The translations under genes were made by a program, and so were the position numbers. Below, one piece after another: positions 7,847-16,200 of a DNA stretch of 17,149 nucleotides (the stretch's first letter is position 1; every line of letters begins with the position of its first letter). The stretch comes from Kofleriaceae bacterium (GTDB lineage Bacteria > Myxococcota_A > Polyangia > Haliangiales > Haliangiaceae), in the NCBI GenBank assembly GCA_046597055.1, contig JBKJLC010000053.1, positions 1 to 17,149 of the forward strand, given 5' to 3'. The notes under the pieces are model-generated. The model was not told the DNA's origin. It worked only from the letters and a program-made list of their open reading frames with translations, and did not search any database.

Positions 7847-7969
7847 GTCGAAGGCGGAGGGTCGCCCTGGTCGCAGAAATCTGGCATCCCGGGTGCCTAC
7901 GTTGATCGCCATGTCGATCGGCTCGGTCGATGGCGATCAACCGACACCGGATTCAGGGTGGTGCCTAAC
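7847..7969. repeat. Right copy of ~125-bp direct repeat, containing a long imperfect hairpin
   Basis: Blocks 7923-7938 and 7943-7966 are identical to the left copy. GTTGATCGCCA (7901-7911) and TGGCGATCAAC (7931-7941) form a perfect inverted repeat. Confidence 0.92.
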
Positions 7970-8213
7970 CGTGTTCGCGGCGGGCTACCGGAACCAGGGA
8001 TGGCTGAGCGGTTGCCAGATGGCGCCGTAGACGTCCCTCACATCACGCCCAACACGCGTGCGCGTTTCGTGCTCGTGCGACGGGCCCGCCACAGGTAGCG
8101 GGTGGCCGCGTCCGCCAATCATGTTGTAAGCTGTGGAGGCGCCGGGCGTCGAAACCGGGGCCGATCCTGGGGCTGGGCTTGCGCGGGCGGGGCGTTCGCG
8201 CGACGGTCGCGGC

Positions 8214-8612
8214 ATGTCGGACGACGTCTTGAACAAGGTCGGTGGCTACCTGGAGCGGTTCGCCAAGGAGCGCGACCTGGCGCTGCCGCCGCTCGAGGGC
8301 GGGGTCGCCCGCATCCAGCGCGGCTCGGCGGTGGTCGCGCTGCACGTCATGCACGAGCAGGGCGTGATCCTGCTGCTCGCGCGGGTCGGCGCGGCGCCGG
8401 CCGCCGGCGACGACGCCCGCCTGCGCCAGCTGCTCACCGCGTCGTTCACCGCGACCGGCGACGCTGCGTTCGCGCTGCACCCGGAGACCGGCGAGATCTA
8501 CCTGCGCATCCTGCGCGCGGTGGACGGCCTCGACTACGAGGAGTTCGAGGACCTGCTGCACACGATCGCGACGGTCGCCGACGAGTGGGACGACCGCCTG
8601 AAGGCGTCGTGA
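8214..8612 (+). CDS. YbjN/CesT-like (type III secretion chaperone fold) protein
   Basis: 132-aa acidic protein with the pattern LRQLLTASF...GDAAFALHPETGEIYLR and a C-terminal amphipathic helix (LDYEEFEDLLHTIATVADEWDDRL). ATG at 8214. Confidence 0.72.
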   Translation: MSDDVLNKVGGYLERFAKERDLALPPLEGGVARIQRGSAVVALHVMHEQGVILLLARVGAAPAAGDDARLRQLLTASFTATGDAAFALHPETGEIYLRILRAVDGLDYEEFEDLLHTIATVADEWDDRLKAS

Positions 8613-9088
8613 TCGCGCTCGTGCTGGCCAGCGCCGACGCGACCTGGACGGTCGGGCACGCGCTCGGCGCCGCGCTCGCCTCTGGCGATCGGGTCGCGCT
8701 GATCGGCGAGCTCGGCGCGGGCAAGACCACGCTCGCGCGCGGGGTGGCGGCCGGCGCCGGCGCCACCGACGACGCGCAGAGCCCGACCTTCGCGCTGATC
8801 AACGAGTACGGCGGCGGGCGGGTGACGATCGCGCACGCCGATCTCTACCGCATCGAGCGCGCCCGCGAGCTCGACGAGATCGGCTGGGACGACCTGCTCG
8901 ACCAGGACGAGATCGCGGTGATCGTCGAGTGGGCCGATCGCTTTCCCGAGCGGATGCCGGACGATCACCTGCGGGTGACGCTCGCGCACCAGGGCGACCA
9001 GCGGGCGCTGACCGCGGAGGCGACCGGCCCGCGCGCCGCGCGGTTGCTGGCGGCGTGGACGACGGCCCGGGCCGCGACGGGCGGCTGA
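8609..9088 (+). CDS. tsaE: tRNA threonylcarbamoyladenosine biosynthesis ATPase TsaE
   Basis: Motifs GELGAGKTT, SPTFALINEY, HADLYRI and IVEWADR. The GTG start overlaps the upstream TGA (GTGA at 8609-8612). Confidence 0.95.
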   Translation: MIALVLASADATWTVGHALGAALASGDRVALIGELGAGKTTLARGVAAGAGATDDAQSPTFALINEYGGGRVTIAHADLYRIERARELDEIGWDDLLDQDEIAVIVEWADRFPERMPDDHLRVTLAHQGDQRALTAEATGPRAARLLAAWTTARAATGG

Positions 9089-9253
9089 CCCGCCGATTGC
9101 GCGGTCCGGATCTGTCGGCGGTCGCGACACCGGCCACTGCAATGGCCGGCAAGCGGCCCGGGCGACAGGCACTCCCGCGGACAACCCCGCGACGAGACGA
9201 GGTGGGCATGGTGGATGAGGTGGCATGGGCCGTGCTCAGGGCGACGGCAGCCC

Positions 9254-10183
9254 ATGAATACCCGGATCCTGTTCGCGCTTGCCCTCGCCGCCCCCCTGGC
9301 GGCCGCCTGTACCGAGTCCACCGTCGAGGACGAGTTCCTCGTCGACGACGTGATGGAGGTCGACGACGCCAAGGCCGATCTCGGCGGCACGTACACGTAC
9401 TACCAGGTCGAGGGCGACACCCGCCGCTGCGCGACCCCGTTCTGCGGTGGCGTGTTCTACAAGCGGGCGAACGCGACCACCACCCGCTGCATCGACGGCA
9501 AGCTGGCCGAGCGCTGCTACGCGGCGAGCGCCGACTGGACCCGCCTGGGCCTGGGCGAGAGCGGGACCGACAAGGCGGTGGGCGCGCTGTACGCGCGCAA
9601 GCTGGTCGTCCGCGCGACGATCGGCCGCAAGAACTGGGGTCCCGATCTCGGCGTGTTCGGCGAGCTGCGCCCGACCGAGGCCTGGATCGGCCAGGGCCCG
9701 AACCCGCCGACCGGCCCGTTCGCCAAGGTCGAGCTGTCGGGGGTCCGCTGCTCCACCACCCCGTGCCCGCTCTTCCGCGAGAAGAAGCTCAACTCGTCGG
9801 CGTCGGCCAACCTGGCCGAGCTCGGCTGGGATGCGTCGGACGCCACGGAAGAGCTGGTCGGCTTCGCCCAGGGCGACATGCTGGACAACAAGATCATCAT
9901 CGCCGGTGACCGCTACACCGTCACCGGTCCCGGCGGGCGCATGGCCGCCCGCACCGTGAACCAGTTCTACACCCGCGCGACCGATAGCCGGACCTGCTGG
10001 GTCGGCGGCTGCAGCGGCTCGCTGTGCGACAACGAGCCGGGCCGCGTGAGCACCTGCCAGTTCCGCCCGCAGGACGCGTGCTACGGCCAGACCTCCACCT
10101 GCGAGCAGCAGGCGGACGGCAACTGCGGTTGGACCCCGACCCCCGAGCTCGAGGCCTGCCTGGCGAACCCGCCGCAGATCTGA
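9254..10183 (+). CDS. Cys-rich lipoprotein: two DUF6748-like repeats plus a C-terminal Cys-cluster domain
   Basis: Lipobox LAAAC and acidic linker ending DDAKAD. Repeats DTRRCATPFCGGVFYKRAN and SGVRCSTTPCPLFREKKLN. C-terminal CWVGGCSGSLC...STCQFRPQDACY...CEQQADGNCGW. Confidence 0.75.
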   Translation: MNTRILFALALAAPLAAACTESTVEDEFLVDDVMEVDDAKADLGGTYTYYQVEGDTRRCATPFCGGVFYKRANATTTRCIDGKLAERCYAASADWTRLGLGESGTDKAVGALYARKLVVRATIGRKNWGPDLGVFGELRPTEAWIGQGPNPPTGPFAKVELSGVRCSTTPCPLFREKKLNSSASANLAELGWDASDATEELVGFAQGDMLDNKIIIAGDRYTVTGPGGRMAARTVNQFYTRATDSRTCWVGGCSGSLCDNEPGRVSTCQFRPQDACYGQTSTCEQQADGNCGWTPTPELEACLANPPQI

Positions 10184-10193
10184 GCGCGGTCTG

Positions 10194-10228
10194 GGCATCG
10201 CGCGCCGCCCTCGGCGGCCGCGACTGCC
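10194..10228 (+). terminator. GC-rich hairpin downstream of the lipoprotein gene
   Basis: GGCA-TCGCG-c-GCCGCC-ctc-GGCGGC-CGCGA-c-TGCC, starting 10 bp after the TGA. There is no U-tract. Confidence 0.35.
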
Positions 10229-10344
10229 GCATGTCGAAGGCGTACCGGTCGGTGCGCCTTCGGTGCGTTTCGGCCGGCGCGGCGCGGCGCAAATGGCGCC
10301 CACTCCCGCAAACCGGACCGGTGCCGAGGCGATACTGCGGCCCG

Positions 10345-13299
10345 ATGAGCGACGCCGCGCCGCCGTGGATTGCCGAGCACCTGCTGCACGGTAGCTACGC
10401 TGCACTCGCAGACCGGACGGCGGCGGTGGCCGCGGCCGATCCCACCGGCGCTGCGCGGGCGCGGGCCGAGCTGGCCTGGCTCGGCGCCGGACCGGTCCAC
10501 GACCTGATGGCGGCCGCGCGCGCGGCGCTGGCGGCCGGTGACGCGGGGGCGACGTCGCTCGCCCGGCGGGCGCCGCGGGCGGTGCTGCGCACCGGCGTGA
10601 TCGCGGCGGCGACCGCGCTCGCCGACGAGCTCGGGCTGACCGGCGACGATCGCGCGCGGTTCGACGGGCAGCGCGACCACCCGGGCTTGCGCTGGTACGG
10701 CGACGACCCGGCCTGGTGGTTCGCCGAGTGCTGCGCCGACACCGCCGAGCCGCTGGGCGCGATCCTCGACGACCCCAGCCGCCCGGCCGCGGTCCGCTGG
10801 TGGGCCGCTGACCGGCTGGTGTCGGGCGCAGCCGAGGTCGGCGATGTCGCCGCGGCCCGGCTGTGGGCCGAGGGCGCCGCCGAGATCGAAGGCGACAACA
10901 TCGCGGCGCGCCGCGTGCGTGCCGCGCTCTGGCAGTGGCGTGACGGCGCGACCGCCGAGGCCGCCGGGCTGATCCGGCGGGTCGCCGGCGACATTCGCGC
11001 CAGCCAGCCGACCCCGGTCGGCCGCGGGCTGCTCGCCACCGCCGAGGCCGCGCTGGCCGCGATCGACCGCGCCGGCGCCCGGCTCGGCTGGCAACTCGCG
11101 GGTGAGATCGACGCGGCGCTCGCCGTCGCGCTGCTCGCCGCGCCGACCGCGGCCCACGCGCTGCGGATCGGGCGCGAACACGGCCTGGCGGTGCGGGCCA
11201 CGCTGACGCCGGCGCTGGTCGCCACCGCGGCAGCCGCGGGCGCGACGACCTGGGTCGAGGTCGAGGGCCAGCCCCGGCTCGCCCGGGTGCGCGCGATCGA
11301 CGCCGACAGCGGCATGGTGGTGGTGAGCCACCAGGGCCACACCGCGCTGATGCCGTGGGCCCAGCTCGAGCGCCTCAGCGGACCGTTCGGGCTCGGCGCG
11401 CTGATCCTGGGCGCCAAGGTCGTCGAGCCCGATCCGCGGCTGGCCCGGCTCGACGAGTGCGACCTCGACGCCCACGGCGACGCGCCGCCGCGCGGCTTCG
11501 TCTTCCACACCGCGCGCACCGCGCTCGCGGCCGAGCCGACCTGGGCCCGCGCGCTGTGGCGGTGGGGCCAGGCGCTGGCGGCCAGCTTCGAGCGCGGTCA
11601 GGTCGAGGCCAGCGACGTGCTCACCTGGTACGCCGACGCGCGCGAGCACGTCGCCCACGCCAGCTGGACGTTCGCGACCTACGCGCAGGTGCTCGCCGCC
11701 GGCGGTCGCTCGCAGGAGGCGGTGCTGGCCTGGCGCGACGCGGTCGCCCGCGCACCCGCGGATGTCGTGCTGGCCGCGCGCTGCGCGAGCGCGCTGAACG
11801 CGGCCGGGCGCGCCGGCGCTGCGCTCGCGGTGCTCGCGCCGGCGCTCGGGGCTGCGCCCGCGCTGGCCGGCGCCTACGAGACCGCGGCCCAGGCGCTGCT
11901 GGCGACCGGCGAGCCGGGCCGGGCCCGGGCCGCCGCCGAGCTCGAGCTCGCGCGGGCGCCCGACGCGATCGGCGCGTGGCATGCGCTGGTGTCGGGCTGC
12001 GAGCGCGGCGGGGACGGCGAGCGCGCGCGCGCGGTGCTGACCCGGGCCCGGACCGCCAACCCCGGCCACGGTGGACTCGCGCTGCGGGCGGCGGTCGCGG
12101 CCGGTCGCGCCGGTGCGTGGGCCGACGCGCATGCCCACGCCGCCGACATGTGTCGGCTGGTCGACGACGGCAACACCGCCGCGCTGGCGGCGCGCCTGCG
12201 CTACGCCGACGGCGATCTCGCCGGCGCGTGGGAGACGCTGCGCGGGGCGCACGCTCGTCATGGCGCCAGCGAGCACCTGCTCGCGGTCGCCGCGCAGACG
12301 CTGGCCGCGCTGCCCGCGCCGGCCCGCGCCGACGCGCTGGCGCCGATCGCCGCGACCGCGACGCCGGTCGTGCTGGCCGGGTGGGCCTACGCGCTGTCGG
12401 AGACCGAGCTGCACGTCGAGGCGATCGCGCTGGCCGACCAGGCCGCCGCGGCCGGGCTGCCCAACGGCCTGTGGCACGCCGCGCGTTGCCGGCTGCGCCA
12501 CCAGGCCGCCGGCGGCGTGATCGACCCGGCCCGGGTGATCGCGGTGCTGACCGAGCTGCTCGGGCCCAACCCTGACTACTCGCTGGGCCGCTACGCGCTG
12601 GCGTCGGTGGTGCTCCCGGGCGACCCCGCGGCCGCGCTGGCGACGATCGATCGCGACCTCGGCGACCTGACCCCGCTGCGCTGGTTGATCGAGGCCGAGG
12701 CCCTGGCGGCGCTGGGCAAGACCGACGACGCCGCGGTCATGCGCGCGCGCATCGCCGACGCCGGCGCGTCGATCGGCGCCGGCGCGATCGCGGCCGCGCG
12801 GCGGGTGGGGACCCCGGCGCGGGCGGCCGAGCTGGCCGGGGTCGCGCGCGCGGCCGGCGGCGCCAGCATCAACCTCATCGTCGAGCACGTCGCCTGCCTG
12901 GCCGGCGCCGGCGACCTCGACGCCGCCGCGGTCGCGCTGGCCCCGCTGGCCGAGCGCGACGAGTCCGGTCCCGACGGACCGATCGCGCGGCTGGCGCTGC
13001 GGGCCGGCGTGCTCGCGGTGGCCGCGCAGGCGGCGCGGCGCGGGCTCGCCGACCTGGCCGACTCGCGCACGTGGGACATCCACGACAGCGCCGATCCGTG
13101 GTGGTACCTCGCGGTGCTCGCGGTCGCCGAGCCGGGCGGTGATGCCCGGGCGCGGCTCGAGGCCGGCGCGCCGCGGCATCCGTCGGCGTGGGCGCTGATC
13201 GCCGGCGGGGCCCGTGGCCAGCCGGCGACCGCCGCCGATCGCGACCGCGGGCGGCAGCTCGCCCCCGGCCTGGTGCCGGCGCCAGGAGCCCGCGCGTGA
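10345..13299 (+). CDS. Large TPR-like helical-repeat protein (~984 aa) with a degenerate C39-like domain
   Basis: Ala-rich TPR-like helices and strong GC3 bias from ATG 10345. The segment at ~11100-11850 aligns by eye with the C39 and post-C39 region of the downstream gene. Confidence 0.78.
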   Translation: MSDAAPPWIAEHLLHGSYAALADRTAAVAAADPTGAARARAELAWLGAGPVHDLMAAARAALAAGDAGATSLARRAPRAVLRTGVIAAATALADELGLTGDDRARFDGQRDHPGLRWYGDDPAWWFAECCADTAEPLGAILDDPSRPAAVRWWAADRLVSGAAEVGDVAAARLWAEGAAEIEGDNIAARRVRAALWQWRDGATAEAAGLIRRVAGDIRASQPTPVGRGLLATAEAALAAIDRAGARLGWQLAGEIDAALAVALLAAPTAAHALRIGREHGLAVRATLTPALVATAAAAGATTWVEVEGQPRLARVRAIDADSGMVVVSHQGHTALMPWAQLERLSGPFGLGALILGAKVVEPDPRLARLDECDLDAHGDAPPRGFVFHTARTALAAEPTWARALWRWGQALAASFERGQVEASDVLTWYADAREHVAHASWTFATYAQVLAAGGRSQEAVLAWRDAVARAPADVVLAARCASALNAAGRAGAALAVLAPALGAAPALAGAYETAAQALLATGEPGRARAAAELELARAPDAIGAWHALVSGCERGGDGERARAVLTRARTANPGHGGLALRAAVAAGRAGAWADAHAHAADMCRLVDDGNTAALAARLRYADGDLAGAWETLRGAHARHGASEHLLAVAAQTLAALPAPARADALAPIAATATPVVLAGWAYALSETELHVEAIALADQAAAAGLPNGLWHAARCRLRHQAAGGVIDPARVIAVLTELLGPNPDYSLGRYALASVVLPGDPAAALATIDRDLGDLTPLRWLIEAEALAALGKTDDAAVMRARIADAGASIGAGAIAAARRVGTPARAAELAGVARAAGGASINLIVEHVACLAGAGDLDAAAVALAPLAERDESGPDGPIARLALRAGVLAVAAQAARRGLADLADSRTWDIHDSADPWWYLAVLAVAEPGGDARARLEAGAPRHPSAWALIAGGARGQPATAADRDRGRQLAPGLVPAPGARA

Positions 13300-16200
13300 T
13301 CGCCGACGGCGCGCCGCCGATCCTGACGAGCCCGATCAACGCGGCTCCGCCATCGCCGACCACGATCGCTGAGCTGGCGGTGCTGATCGACGCGCTCACC
13401 GGCGAGGAGCGTCACGCCGACGCCCGCGCGGTGCTCACCGCGACCCCGGGCGACGGCTGGGACGCCACCGCCGGCGCCCGCCGGGCGCTGCGCGCGGCCG
13501 AGCTCGACGCCGCCGACGGCCGCGACGACGAGGCGATCCTGCAGCTGCAGGCGCTCGACGTCGCCCGGCTCGGCGACGAGGCGCCGCGCCGGGCCGTGCT
13601 GCTGGCCAGCCTGTACGGCCGCAAGCGGTGTCGGGGCCTGGCCACCGCGGCCCTGGCCGCGGCCACCGCGGCCCACCCGGATGCGTGGCAGGTCGCGCTG
13701 GCGGCTGGCGACATCGCGCTCGGGTTCGACGATCGCGACCTGGCCGCGCGTCACTACGCGCTGGCGCGCGGGCAGGGCGGCGGCGTGCGCGCGGCGGTCG
13801 CGTCGGCACGCCTCGCGTTCGTGCTCGGCGACTTCGCGCAGGCCCATGCGATCCTCGCCGAGGTCACGCCGTGCCAGCTGGCCGCGGCGCCGCCCGCCGA
13901 CGGCACCGGCATCGACGACACCCGCACGCCCGGCGAGCGCGCGCTGGTCGCGCGGCTCGAGGCGGCGCTCGCGTCGGCCGCCGGCGATCACGCCAGCGAG
14001 GCCCGGGCCTGGCGCGCGGTGATGGCGGCGGCGCCCCGGAGCGACCGGCGCGCGACCGCGGCGCTCAACCTCGGCTTCGCGCTGGCCTCGGCCGGCGATC
14101 GCGCGACCGCGCGCGCGGAGCTCGAGGCGTGCTGGCGCGCGTATCCCGAGCACGGCGCCGGCAAGTACGCCAACTCGCGCGCCGAGCTGCTCGCCCGCGC
14201 GCCGGCCGACGCGCGTCGCCACGCGCTGCCGTTTCCGTCCACCCATCAGAAGTACGAGTTCTGCGGGCCGGCGGTGCTCGAGCTGTGCCTGCGCGCGCTC
14301 GGCATCGAGCTCAGCCAGGACGAGATCGCCGCCGACGTGAAGCGCGAGCGCGGCACGCCGATGTACGACATCGTCCGCTTCCTGGGCCGGCGCGAGATCG
14401 CCGCGCGCCGGGTGGTCGCCACCGCCGACAAGGTGCGGGCCGCGATCGATCTCGGCCTGCCGCTCATCATCCAGGAGGAGTACTCGACGACCTCGCACGT
14501 CGCCGTGATCATGGGCTACGACGCCGCGCTCGAGGTGTTCCTGGTCCGCGACCCCATGACCCACCAGCTGTCGACCCGGCCGTGGGGCTGGACCGAGTCG
14601 GCCGGCTGGCTGTACGGCTCGGGCGCGGTGCTGGTGGTCGGGCGGCTCGCCGATCCGCGCACCGCTGACGCGCTCGCCGCGTGCGACGCCGCCGGGCTGG
14701 TCGACGCCGCCCACCTCGCGCTGTGCGACGACATCTCGCGGCGGCGCAGCGGGCGCGCCGGCGCCGAGGCGGCGACCCCGCAGGAGACGCTCGAGCTCAC
14801 CAGCCGCGCGCTCGCGGTCGACGACAACTTCGGGCTGGCCTGGATGCACCGGTTCAGCGCCTACGCCGCGCTCGCCGCCGGCGATCGCGACCGGTGGGGC
14901 GAGGCCGCGCTGGACTGCCTGGTCGACATCCGCGAGCGGTTCCCGTTCGACGAGTGGCCGTGGCAGGCCCACGGCCGCTGGCTGATGAGCCAGGGCGCCT
15001 ATGCCGAGTCGTTCGCCGCGTACCTCGCCGCCCACCGCGCCGATCCGGACGACGGCAACAACCTGGCCTGGATGGGCTACTGCCGCCAGCGCGAGCGCCG
15101 GCTCGCGGCCGCCGAGCGCCACCTGCTGGCGGCCCTGCGCGCCGAGGGCGATCTCGGCCTGCGCGAGGGCGTGCTCGCCGAGACCTATCTTTACGCGCTC
15201 GAGCAGGCCGAGCGCGACGCCGACACCGCCGGCGCGGCCCCGGCCGGCATCTCGCCGGGCACCGCGGCGCCGGTCGAGACCCTCGAGCGCGACCCGGCCG
15301 AGCTGGTCCGGCGCGGCCGCCACTTCGCGGCGATCGCCACCGAGCTGTTGCCGCACCAGCGCTACTACTGGGAGCTGCGCGGTCTGCTCGCGATCCGCGC
15401 CGGCGACGCCGACGACGCCCGCGCCGCGTTTGGCCGCGCCCGCGACGGCCAGCCCGATCGGTTCTTCGCCGTGCTCGGGCTCGCCCACGTGACGGCCACC
15501 GCCGGCGATCGCGACGGCGCGCTCGCGATCTACGCCGACGCCTGTCGGTTCGCCCGCGGCGACGCCGAACCGTGGCTGCGGCGGGCCGCGCTGCTGGTGC
15601 GCGGCGACGCCCACGCCGAGGCGGCCACGGTGCTCGAGGAGGGGCTGGCGCTGGTCTCGACCGGCCGCGAGCGCTTCGTCGATCCGCTGTGGGACGCGCT
15701 GGCCCGGCTCGGCTCCCACGAGGAGGCGGCCGCCCGGCTGCGCGAGCGCGCCTTCCGCCACCACGACGACGCCGACCTGCTGCTCGCCGCCGCCAGCAAG
15801 CTCGATCGCGAGGGCCAGCGCGGCCACGCGGTCGCCCTCCTGCGCGCGGTCCTGTCCGGTGGACCGGACAACCTGGCCGCGATGGTGCGGCTCGGGCGCA
15901 TCCTCGGCGACAGCGCGCTGACCCGTGGCGAGGGCCGCGCGCTGCTGGCGGCCGCGGTCGCCGCCGCGCCCGACTGGACCTTCGCCCGCCGCAGCCTGGC
16001 GATGGCGTGGGCCGACGAGGATCCGGCCAAGGGCCTCGAGATCCTGACGCCGGCGCTCGGCGAGGACGACCTCTACGTCAACGAGGCCCACGCGCTCCTG
16101 CTCGAGGCAACCGGCGAGCTCGACCGCGCCGAGCGCGTGGTCCGCCGCGTGATCGCGGCCTACGACGGCCCCGAGGTCGAGGCGTTGACCCGCATGTGCT

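Larger units (their letters stand above)
5699..7969. mobile_element. Putative horizontally acquired, direct-repeat-bounded two-gene cassette
   Basis: Direct repeats at both ends and visibly more A/T-ending codons than the flanking genes. No recombinase or transposase is present in the window. Confidence 0.5.

Noticed and set aside
7963..7969. GCCTAAC as a classical integron attC inverse core site
   Set aside because: It matches RYYYAAC, but I found no paired GTTRRRY downstream. The hairpin lies on the wrong side of it and there is no intI in the window.
5699..7969. CRISPR array or retron msr-msd interpretation of the repeats
   Set aside because: Only two copies ~2.1 kb apart with no spacer periodicity, and no cas or reverse transcriptase gene in the window.
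10243..10322. Possible structured leader (ACCGGTC...GACCGGT) before the TPR operon
   Set aside because: Short pairings of this kind are expected by chance at this GC content, and I recognise no riboswitch motif.
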